A DNA stretch of 64,000 nucleotides, from contig NC_092351.1 of the NCBI RefSeq assembly GCF_963676685.1, positions 83,948,001 to 84,012,000 on the forward strand. Reading direction: 5' to 3'. The stretch's first letter is position 1. Each line of letters begins with the position of its first letter. The notes under the pieces are model-generated. The model was not told the DNA's origin. It saw only the letters and a list, made by a program, of their open reading frames with translations, and did no database searches. The position numbers and the translations under genes were made by a program. The stretch is from Mytilus edulis. Its lineage: Eukaryota. Below are positions 11,130 through 23,639 of this stretch, in pieces.

Positions 11130-12430
11130 ATCTTCAGGTACCGTGACAAGAATTAACTAAGGCGAAATGGGAGCTTCTGTGTTCTCATTTCGCCTTAGCT
11201 GTGAATTCCAGGTAAAAAAAGGTAGAAAATATACTAAGGCCAGATGGGAATTGAACTAAGGCAAAATGAGAATTTAAATAAACAAATTAAACCTCTGTGC
11301 TTTTATAGCAATTTTAACAACATTTAATAAGGCAATGTTTCTCTTGAATTATTATTTTTAATAAAAGTGACATTTTTTATGATTTTAAAAGAAAAAAATC
11401 CACAATAAAACATGATTCATTAGGAAAGTTGCTTCGTTTATGCTTAATTTAATATAAGTTTCAATTGTATAAATTTTATTTAATTAGAAGTTCTTAATAA
11501 TCAGTCATTTATCCTTTACATTGTGCAACACAAAGAGTTAAAAAAGAAAAAAAAATGGATTCCCTCAAACTTGTTTACATACATGTATATATTACAAAAA
11601 CTTTAATAAAATAAATAAAATAACATAATTTTTTTTAAATCGTGTTATAATTATATATAATAAAGATAATACATGTAAAATACAAAAAAAAAAGAAGATG
11701 TGGTATAATTGCCAATGAGACAACTCTCCACAAGAGACCAAAATGACACAGATATCAACAACTATAGGTCAACATACAGCCTTCAACAATGAGCAATGCC
11801 CATACTGCATGGTTAGCTATAAGAGGCCCCGAAATGACAATGTAAAACAATTCAAACGAGAAAACTAACGGCCTTATTTATGTACAAATAATGAACGAAA
11901 AAGAAATATGAAACACATAAACAAACGACAACCACTGAATTACATGGTATGCTATTATTTATAACATGTACATTTTCTTTATTAGTATGCAAATTTAAAA
12001 TTGGGTTTTGAATTCAGTGCTGATTCAGAGATGAAATATTTGTTATGATAGTATGATATTTGTCTTTTATTTATTCATTGATCAAAATATGAAATATCCA
12101 TATACAATTTGTCATATCTAATAAGACTTTATTTACAAAATATAACACATGAGTAAAAAAAAATCAGAAAAAGAACAGCAGCTATAAAAAAAAATATTTG
12201 AAAAGTGGGACACCAAAGATAAATAAATATTTCATGGTAGAATTTGACATCAAAATAACAAATAATAGCTAATTGCAATACTAATAAAACATAACTTAAT
12301 TACAATGTTTACAGAAGCTCCCATTTCGCCTTAGTTAATTCTTGTGTACCTGAAAATCTGTATACTAAGGCAAACTGGGATTAATTTAATATAATTATTT
12401 TGACAGTTAAGGCAAAATGAGAATAAGCGA
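11130..12430. mobile_element. DNA-transposon remnant with long inverted repeats
   Basis: 35-bp IR acaagaattaactaaggcgaaatgggagcttctgt (11146-11180) / acagaagctcccatttcgccttagttaattcttgt (12311-12345). The ctaaggc-aaatg motif recurs in both orientations. Confidence 0.6.
11686..11945 (-). repeat. dispersed repeat family A (probable Penelope-like 3' end)
   Basis: aagaagatgtggtataattgccaatgagacaactctccacaagagacc... Related copies at about 965, 3235, 4657, 5545, 19400, 30270, 50600 and 55415. Confidence 0.7.
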
Positions 12431-12836
12431 CTGCTAACTGGCCTACGTGACATTTCCTGCTTTGTTCAGTAACGGGCTTTGTTAATTTCTGTTTCTCTTA
12501 TTCTATAATTCTACAGTTGAGAGTTTTTTTTATCTAACCTGTAAAACATTGCATATTAAAGATTTACTAGTCTAACAAATATTTAAAAAAGGCAATAGTT
12601 GTCACCATGGTCAACTTTTGAACTGAACTTAATAAAAAAGGGAAGGGTATTGCTTATCATTAATTTTATCTCTTTTACTAAGTCCACTCCTGTTTTTTTT
12701 TATGTTAAAATATACTGTTTGGTTAGCAATAACATTCGTTTCATCATGAATGTAAACTATAGATTTTTAATTGGTATTATTTTTGTAATTTTTGTAATAA
12801 GGCTGAGTGGCCGTGATGTCGAAACCAACCGTTGGA

Positions 12837-12999
12837 GTTCACGGTCTCTTATTGCAATGAAGTATCTTTACCGCGGCAGGTTCACGGTCTCTTATTGCAG
12901 TGAAATATCTTTACCGCGGCAGGTTCACGGTCTCTTATTGCAGTGAAGTATCTTTACCGCGGCAGGTTCACGGTCTTTTATTGCAGTGAAGTATCTTTA
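12837..12999. repeat. 43-bp minisatellite, ~3.8 copies
   Basis: Unit gttcacggtctcttattgcagtgaagtatctttaccgcggcag starting at 12837, 12880, 12923 and 12966. Confidence 0.95.
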
Positions 13000-13224
13000 T
13001 GCAGGGACAGTCGACACTAAGTAAACAAAAACTGTCCCTGTTTAACGTCAAAAAGATGTGAAAAGTAATTACTATTACTTGATCTTTCAGTAGATTGTTC
13101 AAAAATGAATCCTACAGTATACCCTATTCAAATGAAGAATAAGATCAGTAGACCGATCAGTTGATGGTAGAATCTATTAAAAGTCTTGTGGTAATACTAA
13201 ATTACAGTAACTTCAATCACCTGT

Positions 13225-13382
13225 GGTCATCCCTAGTTTTTGGTGGGGTTCGTGTTGTTTATCTTTAGTTTTTATGTTGTGGCATGTGTACTATTGTTAA
13301 TCTGTTAATCTGTTTGTCTTTTTCATTTTTAGTCATAGCGTTGTCAGGTTATTTCCGAATTATGAGTTTGACTGTCCCTCTC
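13225..13382 (+). repeat. Penelope-like 3' UTR fragment (family C)
   Basis: cctagtttttggtggggttcgtgttg...tgtttgtctttttcattttta is the reverse complement of the 3' UTR of the PLE fragment at 56736-56840. Confidence 0.65.
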
Positions 13383-14277
13383 TTCAAGTCTGACTGAAAA
13401 TTAGCAGGTTTATGTCGACTCGACTATATTTTTTTTAAAAGGAAAAAAATATAGACACAATGACAATGGAACATATATCAGCATATACCAAATAAATACA
13501 TCAAGGAGGCCGCCCACCCATGATATTTACAAAAATCAAGACAACACATATTAACACTTCAAAATAGAACTAGATAAAAACAGTAAACTGAAACTTTTTA
13601 TAGATGTTTTTTTTTTAACTTGACAGATCATGATCATACACAGACATAATATTTTGTGAACGATAAACTACTGCTGTCTCTAATTTTTAGAAAAAAAACG
13701 TTCGTAATAGAAAATTCTAGGCCCGGCCCTGAAACTAAAAGACCGACATGCTGTAAAACTTAGTTGCGGAAAGCAAATTGAAAAAAGCTCGATAGTACAA
13801 TCAAAGCTGGCAAAGAGTTACGATCCAGCCCCTTCCTCTTGGGAACTGGTTTTGAATAACATTTCGATCGCTAACAATTATTGAAAGTAACACAAATAAG
13901 ATACAAAAATTTACATTTTCAACTACAAATATCATTCTCTGCATATAATTATTGAAATATAACACAGAGCAAATGATACTTCCACGGTATAACCCCAGGT
14001 ACTTGTCTCAGAAAAAAATATTCCTGTAGGTATTATATATAGGGATTGATTTTAGGAGACAAGTGCAAATCTCTTGATGTGTAACTAGTAAAACAAGAAA
14101 ATGTGCATTTACATGCGAATTTAAAATTAATTTCAAGTTATTAAAAATAAGATTAATATTGTGTTTTCGAAATATTATACTAAGTTTTAATTCTTACTTT
14201 ATTATCTCTATCCACCAATGTTGTTTAGGCTTTGAACTTTGATTGTTTAGTTTTGTACAAGTATTTTTTTCTTCATT

Positions 14278-15149
14278 CAGACGTTTCGCCATATGGCCAC
14301 ACTGCCGTATCCGCTTCGGACGTTTTGCCATATGGCTACACTGCCGTATCCGCTTCGGACGTTTCGACCACACTACAGTATCTGTTGCAGACGTTTTGGC
14401 CCGCTCTATGCGGTAATCTGCGTTTTGGCCATACTGCCGTATCTGCTGCAGACGTTTCGGCCAAACTGCCTATCTACTACAGACGTTTCGGACACAAGAC
14501 CGAATCTGCAAAAGCCGTTTCGGACACAAGACCGAATCTGCAAAAGCCGTTTCGGAAACAAGTCCGAATCTGCTAAAGCCGTTTCGGACGCACGACCGAA
14601 TTTGCCACAGCCGCCTTCGACCACATTGTCGAATCGGTTAGTGCCGTTTCGACCACAGGCGTTCCAGCCATGCTGCCTGTCTGGCCATACACTATCTGTA
14701 AAGTCGTTTCGGTCATGTGGTTTTTTTTTCTTGTTGTAAAGGGACGAAAATATAGTTGTTTTTAGAAGAAGAAATAATACAAAAATTAATTTTAATAATC
14801 ATGATCTAAATCAAGTCATATGTAATTGCATAGATAAAAATAAAAATATGTTTTAAATTAAAGAATGTTATAAACATATGATTGATGTTGATGTCAAGCA
14901 GAGACATAGCATATTGAATTATCTGTCTCCGTTTCAACAGGAACCTTCTATACTAAGTATCACTATAGGATACTGCGGTTTCAAGTCAATGAAATAATCT
15001 TTTTGTATAACAATCTGTACAGTATAAAATGTATCATTAACAAAACACGGCCCAAGCATACTAGGATCAATTTGAAAGGCCAATATGACCGAATCGACTG
15101 TGGTCGAAAAGTATGTGGTCGAACTGTTAGCGTGGCCGAAACGTCTCGA
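14278..15149. mobile_element. foldback-like element with tandem ~31-bp GACGTTTCGG subrepeats
   Basis: More than 10 diverging gacgtttcggcca/gccgtttcggaca units over 14278-14715. The same motif is inverted (tggtcgaa, tggccgaaacgtct) at 15085-15147. Confidence 0.65.
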
Positions 15150-15829
15150 TTTTTTTGTATAATAAATACAAAAACAATATTTCCATATTGATCCCTGATT
15201 AGGTGTCACATCTTCGATCATTAAGTTTTTCAAAACAAACTACTTTTTGGACATATTGTTTAGATCTTTGCAACATTAACACTTGTAACTTTGGTTTTAT
15301 GTAGAGTCGTGTAGATTTTTATTTTGTTCATTTTGACATTGGTTTTCACTTTAACTTTTGACTCATGGTTGTCCTTTTGGGGGTAATTGTTGCATCTCAC
15401 TTTTTAAAATTATAATTAGGTTATTGGGTAAATCACTGTTATTGGTGAAGAGTGATGTCCCCTTGATGATTAAAAACCAACATAATGACGGGGAAGATAT
15501 ACAATCAAAATTTTAAATGTGTCTTTTAATGAGTCATTTCTAAATTAATATAGGATGATCAGCCCATAAATAGAGCATTTAAAACCCAACAATTTAGTTC
15601 TATAATATATGGTTCGATCAATATAATCTATACAAAACGTTATAAGGTGAGCATAAATTATTTCACGTCTGACACTTGAAAAATATGAAATTACAGAATA
15701 ATCATTTATTATTTTATAATCAAAAGGTATTACATTTGACCAACTGTGTTATGTGACTTCATGTACAAGGCACAGAACTTTAGAATCTTGATTAGTCGGG
15801 GGACCAAAAAGCCTCAACTTCCTCAAGAC

Positions 15830-15957
15830 TAGTCCAAATAATTATGACGTCTTGAAAGGCTATTATAATTTTTTTCTTTGACGCCTTACTTCGACAAGTA
15901 AGGCGTCAAAGAAAAAAAATATAATAGCCTTTCAAGACGTCATAATTATTTGGACTA
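15830..15957. mobile_element. 128-bp palindromic MITE with 9-bp TSD (Academ- or MuDR-like)
   Basis: 62-bp arms with 1 mismatch, 4-nt loop cgac, termini TAGT..ACTA. TSD cctcaagac at 15821-15829 and 15958-15966. Confidence 0.9.
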
Positions 15958-17244
15958 CCTCAAGACATGCAAGGACAAGCGTCTTGTTTAGTCTGTCAGA
16001 TAGGGTTTTATTGTCCATTGTAGTCGCTATTTTATATAGGATAGTTATCATCAATGACAGTTAAATCTTGCCCTTTTATGTCTGAATTGATTATCTGGGC
16101 CCTCTCAATATTGAAGAATTTAAAAGAAATGTAAATTAAAGAAACCACAATGTAATGTACAACATTTTTTTTTTATTCCATGTGGACTTTGTGTTAGTCT
16201 TGTAATATGAGGCAGGCATTACCTGTAAATGGAAACAAAGTCTATGAATTATTTTTTTGTAACTTAATATTTTAAAAAAAAAAAGAAACGGAAATACCAT
16301 AACGTTTCTGATTTTGGTTCTGTTGTTAAGAATTTTAGTTGTGAAGTTATTTAAGTTATGACGTCATATGCAATGTAAACAAAGAAACGCTATCATCAGG
16401 TAACGTTTTTTCATATCAAGGAATTATCAAAAGTGAAATTGATATTGCGTTCCTTCCTATTTTATTCTAGACTGAAATATATATTTTACTCAAAGTTTCA
16501 TACAAACGAGACCGGACAAAGGAAGTACATTGTAGATTTCTGTGCAGATGTGGGAATTCAAAACATGACATCCAAAAAATTGAACGATTTTGAGTTCATT
16601 AGTACAATGAAAATTTCGGGAAAATATATTATTAAGAACATTTAATGCTCAAAAACACACCATTATTGCATTTAACATGATTAATAATAAACATTTCCAT
16701 GAATTTCAAGATTTTATATACCATGTATACATGTACCATATAAATATCTGATTAAGTTGATTAAACTTTAATACCATAATACGAATATTTTTGAATAAAA
16801 GTAGGGAGAAGAAAACTCGGGCGAACACTCACTCACTGCAGACCCTATATGGGTGAACGGACTGAGGAAGAATGAACCCAGGGCGAACAGACCCGATACC
16901 AGACCCCTCTATAGTAGAGCTCTCGGGAACTGAAGCTCATAGTTCCTTGATGTTATTTTTTACTATTTGCAGACGATCTATGGTCCGCAAATAGTACATT
17001 AGGACCTATAGCTACAATTCTGCAGCTACATGTACTTCTATCTATAGCACATTAATTGTTGTTCATAAAAGTTGAAAATTAAAATTATAAATGAAATTCA
17101 GAATAATAAATCTGGTTATAATTCATGTAATTAGTTGATGGTTGGTTAGTTGTAGTAAATCTGTGATGATGCCCACATCTCTTTTCCAGATGTTCTTGTA
17201 CCCCCTGGGTGACACTGTATTTTATTTTGTGTCAAAATGATTTA

Positions 17245-17502
17245 GGGAGCTACCATTTGATTTTTATGGGGGGGGGGGGGGGGGGATAGGATGAAATTTA
17301 TTAAAAAAAGGCAGGACAGGATTTTGAGTTAAAAAAAAAGGCAGGATGAGTAACTTGGCAAAAAAAAAAGGCAGGATGACAATTGTAAAAAAGTCAGGAT
17401 AAGCTAAGAAAAAAAAAGGCAGGACAGAATAGACTGAAAAATAAAAAGGCAGGACAGAGATTACAAATAAAAAAAAAGGCAGGACACAATTTTTCATCCT
17501 AG

Positions 17503-17534
<32 letters not shown>

Positions 17535-17551
17535 ATCAAATAGTAGCTCCC
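17245..17551. mobile_element. PIF/Harbinger-like MITE with poly-G/poly-C TIRs
   Basis: TIR gggagctaccatttgattttta+G-run / C-run+taaaaatcaaatagtagctccc. TSD tta. Internal aaaaaaggcagga repeats. Confidence 0.85.
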
Positions 17552-17673
17552 TTATTATTTATATAATTGATATTTTAGAAAGCAGCTTTCCTGGTATGGA
17601 ACTTGCACCAATGTTTTTTGTATGATACAAGTTTGATTTTTATCTACATGATCTATTTCATATCTATTTTAGC

Positions 17674-17760
17674 ATGGAAGATTACAAGTATTTGTTTAAA
17701 GTGGTATTGATTGGTGAAGCAGGTGTTGGGAAGACATGTCTTGTTAGAAGATTTACACAG
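17674..17760 (+). CDS. RAB30: RAB30 coding exon 1
   Basis: ttttag|cATG, translating to MEDYKYLFKVVLIGEAGVGKTCLVRRFTQ, then |gtatat. P-loop GxxxxGKT. The acceptor immediately upstream implies a further 5' exon. Confidence 0.95.
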
Positions 17761-18370
17761 GTATATTTACATTAGAATATTGTGTGAGACTCTATTTACC
17801 TTGGTCATTATTCATTAGATAGTTAGCCTTTGTGTAAACATGATACATGTAAATAGATGGAATATTAAACAAAGTTGAGAATGGAAATGGGGAATGCATG
17901 AAATATGTCAAAGAGACAACAACAATCATGACAATGACTTAAGTTTTATGAGGTGATAGAAAACCATTTGTTTTTTCATAAAAAGATTACCTTACCCATG
18001 TTAAAAACTATTGAATATATTTACATAAATAATTGCTGATGTCAAAAGTATTTTGCTAAACAACAAATTTATGTTATCGAAAGATTTGAAAAAATTAAAG
18101 GTTACTCACATGACGTACAGGTAAATTTTCTCTTATTCTTCTAGCTCTCTATTGTAAATAAACATTGATGTCCCTCATAAGCGAGACAACTAAAAAAGGG
18201 ATCTCTAATTACAGGGTCAATTACGGGAATTGACAAAAAGACTATTGTCATAGGCATATATGCCTAGTGAACTTTTGGTTTCCTTTATACAAGTATCCCT
18301 ATCCATGGAATGGTCTTTAATAGATTCTTTATTATAAATGACTGATTTTATGATTATTTGTTTATTTCAG

Positions 18371-18454
18371 GGACTATTCCCTCCAGGACAGGGGGCTACA
18401 ATTGGAGTAGATTTCATGATCAAAACTGTTGAAATAGATGGAGAGAAAGTGAAA
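18371..18454 (+). CDS. RAB30: RAB30 coding exon 2
   Basis: tttcag|GLFPPGQGATIGVDFMIKTVEIDGEKVK|gtaagt. The effector loop FPPGQGATIGVDF is diagnostic for Rab30. Confidence 0.96.
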
Positions 18455-19138
18455 GTAAGTAGTTGATTATACCTCCTGCTTTTTGTGCTAACTTATAGGT
18501 CATGGGAAAGGGTTTGAGCATTGGTTATGCTGAGACCAACATGGATGCTTGAATAATCAAATGTTGGTATGAATTATAGTGATTGGACTTAGCTATAGAC
18601 ATGTTAGAGAAAGCATGTAATTTTCCATGCTATTTTGATGCTAAAAAAATTTATCTCCCCACCCTTAAAAAAATTATTTTACTAGAGGCAGGAAACAATA
18701 CATATATTTCTTTTGCCTAAAGCAAAGTTATCAAGTATTAGATATAATATTACAAATTAGAGGTAACAAAGAAATATGTCATATAGTTTTTCTGCAGAGT
18801 GGTCAGCTGAAGGTTGGAGGCAAAAGTAAAAATAAAGTTATTGATTCTAACATAAATATTTTAGAATAAATAAAAAAAGACAGGAAATATGTTGGTGAAT
18901 CAACAATTTCAAATCTAAATGAAATTTAAAGTGGCCATGAACTCACTTATCATGCACAAGTTAATCTATTCATAAAACATTTTGATCATCTAAAAAGTGT
19001 CTGTAACCATGGTAACACATGTTAAATAATGTTCTGTTTTTATATAGCTTTGCTAGGGGCAAAGTCGTACAAATACTGTAAAATCATTTAAGGTGAACTC
19101 TTCCTGTTTTATTGTTTACACTTACTTTCTATTTTTAG

Positions 19139-19322
19139 CTACAGATTTGGGACACAGCTGGTCAAGAGAGGTTCCGCTCCATTACACAAAGTTACTATAG
19201 ATCTGCAAACTCTCTTATTCTAGTTTATGACGTCTGCTGCCAAGCATCTTTTGATTCATTACCCACATGGATTCAGGAAATAGAAACTTATGCCAGTACA
19301 AAGTTCTGTGGTTACTTAGTTG
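19139..19322 (+). CDS. RAB30: RAB30 coding exon 3
   Basis: ttttag|[61 protein letters not shown](G)|gtatgt, ending in phase 1. Confidence 0.96.
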
Positions 19323-19858
19323 GTATGTTATAAATTACACAATGTTTAAAAATACCATTGTTAATCAATATCTCATAAGAGATGCACTTTTTTTTTACTT
19401 TGTTTATTGTTGAAGGCAGTTTATTGACCTATGACTGCTGAATATCACATCATTTGGACTAGGATGAATGATTGTTTCATTAGAATCATACCACATCTTA
19501 TATACATTTTACCTATATTATGTTGAATTTGAATTGTATTACAAACAACAATAGAAAATCTGTTTATCAATCCTGATTCACTTTATACAAATATACAAAA
19601 AATAACAAGGTAACTACCGGTAACAGACTGATCCATGAACAACACAATAAACGAAAAACATATACAAATTTATGATATGCCTACTTACTTACATTTTCTG
19701 ATTTATATTGAAACCAAGCTTTTTTCAATGTTGAGGTTACTGTTATAAATACTTTTATCCTCTTGAATAACTTGCTGTTAATTTTCACTCTTTTTTGGGA
19801 ATCACAACGATGTCTGTGTATAGCTCCAGATGTATTATAAATGTTTATTTATTTTCAG

Positions 19859-20112
19859 GAAACAAAACAGATAAAATTAATGACAAAGAAATACCAACAC
19901 ACATTGGACAACAATTTGCCGACAGATACGAAATGGACTTTATTGAAACATCGGCAAAAGAAGCTGATAATGTTGATAAACTTTTCTATACTATCGCCAA
20001 AAAATTGTCAAAGGAAGCCAAACAAGGGGAGTTAATTTCTGATGACACTACAAAGTTCAACACAGACAATACAACCAGTATTTCAAACTGTAGTGGGTGT
20101 TTGAAATTTTAA
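19859..20112 (+). CDS. RAB30: RAB30 coding exon 4 (terminal)
   Basis: ttttcag|GA AAC AAA..., translating to (G)NKTD...ETSAKEADNVDKLF...NCSGCLKF*. The full spliced protein is 202 aa. Confidence 0.95.
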
Positions 20113-20422
20113 AGTATTCCAGTGAAATTGTGAAATGGAATGTTCCTGTGAAGATGTGAAAAGAAATGTTATACATTGTGATTGAATATGTGAAAAATGA
20201 ATATTTTATTTTGAATGATAAGAATGATAAATTTTGTACATGTTGTAAGGCAATTGAAATATTATTTCGTTTGCCTGAAATTTTTTAATGTCAGATTAGC
20301 ATGATAAGAAAGGATAGATATTTTTGATAGTTTTGAAGACGAAAAAAAATAAATACAAATTGACTTATGTCCATAGCTACCAGTTCCAAACCAAATACTT
20401 TATAAACAAATTTCAATTTAAG

Positions 20423-20722
20423 TTTTTATGCCCCACCTACGATAGTAGAGGGGCATTATGTTTTCTGGTCTGTGCATCTGTTCGTCCGTCCGTTCGTTCG
20501 TCCGTTCGTCCGTTCGTCCGTCTGTCCCGCTTCAGGTTAAAGTTTTTGGTCGAGGTAGTTTTTGATGAAGTTGAAGTCCAATCGACTTCGACTTCAAACT
20601 TGGTACACATGTTCCCTATGATATGATCTTTCTAATTTTAATGCCAAATTAGAGATTTTACCCCAATTTCACGGTCCACTGAACATAGAAAATGATAGTG
20701 CGAGTGGGGCATTAGTGTACCA
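20423..20722 (+). mobile_element. HINE/Helentron-associated non-autonomous element
   Basis: T-run + atgcccc...ggggcat short IR, (GTYC)n microsatellite, core unit and distal ggggcat subterminal repeat. A reverse copy lies at 45932-46386. Confidence 0.75.
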
Positions 20723-22698
20723 GAATATTGAATAATTTGTTATGTTTTATTTGTAAAACAAAATCTTTTAAAAATAAAAATGCCTTCAAAAATATATAAT
20801 CAAAAGACTATTTTTGACAGATGTAAATTGAATCAGAGAAACAGAGCATTTATTTCAACCACTTTATTATCATAATTAGGTTATTCAAGAAATAATTTGA
20901 TTGTTTTGAAAGTTCTTCAATCCAGATTTTTCTTTCAAGAGTTCTGTTTGAAAGTCAAAAAGTTTTGTTTGAAAGTCAAACATGTGAACATGTAAAGTTT
21001 GTGTAAATTGTTGATGTTTTTTAAGTTAAATTTAAATTAAATAAAACAATATCATGAATATGTCAATCTATGTGTACTACATCACACTTTTTTTGCTGGC
21101 TAGTAACCATAATAACTAAAATATATGTGAACTTCACTTAAGACTGATGTTCTAAGTGATTCCTTTGTTAATTTTCACGTTCAGCTTTTCCAAACTGTCA
21201 TGACTGTGTAAATACAGTCTTTCAGATATTTTATGATGTTTAAAATGTTTACCTGACATTAGGTCTGGATGAAACCAAATTTTATTGGACTTTTTACATT
21301 GTGTGATGTACATTGGGAATGCTTAGGTTGAAAACAGTTTTTGCTATTTTTAATATCTATTTAGCTATTTTTAAGTGACATAGTCAGTCACTTAAAGTAG
21401 AAAAGACTTATATAAATTCATTTTTGTTGAATGTGTGTAGTAGACTTACAACTGTGTTGGAGTACTTATTTGTACTTTGTGCAATTTATTACTGGATAGT
21501 CTGTGAAAATAAATATTTACATTGTAAAAAGAATTACTTCATGAATGTCTTTCATTGAGTTATATGATCTGATTGGTCAATATGTTGTCACATGATTCCA
21601 TATCTCCATCCAATACCAAACCACACAAGATGAATTTTGAACCACATGAATTACATATGATTATTTTGAAAATGAATTATTTTCAAAAATTTATCCATTT
21701 TCAGAAAAAAAATGTTATTTAATTGAATGAATTTATTGATCAGATTTGTTGCATTTCAATGTACATAGAACGAAATATTTGAAGTTTGAGGCAGAAGACT
21801 TACATAAATGGTAAATGTTCAGGCTGTTCCATAAACAAAAGTTGAGCCAAAAGGCACTTTATATTTCACGTCTCTACGCAGCTAGATTATTTCGTATAAT
21901 TGCTATTTTTTCCTATAATTGCAATATTTTGTACATCTAAAATAACCTCTTCCAATGAAATTTTGAAATACAATCATTTCTGGAACAGCCCTCAGTTAGA
22001 CACACAAAAATCAAAAATTGAGTTAATTTCTTTAAAAAATGTTTAAACTTTTGCTCATGAAAAGTTTATTTTTAAATTAAAGATGAAACGGTTTACAACA
22101 CTAAAATGAGATTGTTTACTGAAATTAAAAACGAAAAATGAATATAAATTTTAAAAATGTTGATTGTATTTTAATTACATCTGGGTTGGATGTAGTGTAC
22201 ATAGGATGGTAATTCTTTCAGCTTTTAATGGGTATTGAAAAATGTTACTCAGCTCTGGTATTTTTCAAGCAACATAAGTGAACTTTTTTATTTTTAGAAC
22301 AAACTCACAAGGCCACACAAACACTCTGAAAGCATATTTGTTTTTGAATGTGAAGATAGATCTATGTGCAATATTTCAAAAGTTCATAACTGACATCTGT
22401 ATATTTTTTCCATTGTTATCTAATAAATTGGGTATTTATTGTGCCAAGTAGTTTTATTCATTTCATTGTAATAAGCTTATAACATACTTCATTTGTTGTA
22501 CAAATTTCTTGCTCAGCTTAGCTTAGACTTAGTATATGGATGCTAAGATCATAAAAACTTGTGTGTTTTCTGTTGACCTACTTGCCTATAATTTTACAGC
22601 TGAACATATATGTATATTGTGCATACTCCATCCCTGGCATATATACAAGTGTTAGTTTTTACCTCACAGGGTGCAAGATCAATTTTGGTGCTATTTAA

Positions 22699-22913
22699 GG
22701 AGGTACATGTAGACCTAGGTTAAGGAAAATAACTCTTAAAATCATCAGTACGTTTGTGTCAGCCATTTTCATAAATATGTTCTAAGCTTCTAGGATACAT
22801 AGATTATTTCCAATCTGTTTCAGGTAAATGCTTAAAACTCATTGACGAAACTTGACTTTTACAAACGCATAACTGATTTAAAGAGTTATCTCCCTGAACC
22901 AAGGTCTACTCCC
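22699..22913. mobile_element. MITE with GG..CC ends, TTAA-flanked (Kolobok-like)
   Basis: ttaa|ggagg...tagacctaggtt ... aaccaaggtctactccc|ttaa. A reverse-orientation copy lies at about 43838-44036. Confidence 0.7.
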
Positions 22914-23639
22914 TTAAAAAGTTCTTAGTAATGAAGAAATCATATTCTCTAATTCTTATTAAATTTATACTTTTGTTCTAAAGGCTGTTCCAAAATTCAT
23001 CAGAAAATCAAAAAATATAGCATTTTTGTGGATTTCCATGGTATATATTTAGTAGAAACATGAATTTCCGTGTTTGACATATTACATATTTTTTTAGGGC
23101 AGACTGTAGACTTAAACAAGATCAAATATCCACCAAAAAATAACATTTTTCCTTAATTCACGAAAAAAAGTGTATGTACCTACAAAAATAAATTAATCCA
23201 CAATATTTCAAAGATTTGAGATTTTGCTTACTGACCATCTTAGGTTATCCATCGAAAGCAGAAAACACACAGGAATAATGGTTGCTAATATAAGATTATT
23301 CAAATTTTGTAAATTTGAAATTTTATTTGTTAATAGATTATGTACCATTCAATTTATACACTTAATGGTAAACAAAGTTGTATTAATTGTGCCATATTTT
23401 TTCCTTACAATGAATGTAGTTACATTTAAAACCATAATTTTTTCAAATTATTCAAACAAATATTTAAATATATCATTACAAAATGTATTACAAAATGTAG
23501 CATCATTTTTTCCAGGTTATTTTCAATTTTTTCAATTTTTTAATTTTTTATTCTCCATTTTTATAGTGTAAATATGATGAACAAGGGATTCTAAGGGAGA
23601 TAAGCTGTATTTGAATCTTTACAATAATACGGTTATTAA

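Noticed and set aside
14232-14739. ORFs on both strands and a CRISPR-like look of the ~31-bp array
   Set aside because: The spacers are homologous to one another, there are no cas genes, the context is eukaryotic, and the ORFs are repeat by-products.
19795-19858. N-terminal part of the 105-aa ORF as coding
   Set aside because: Intronic; the real exon starts at the acceptor at 19859.
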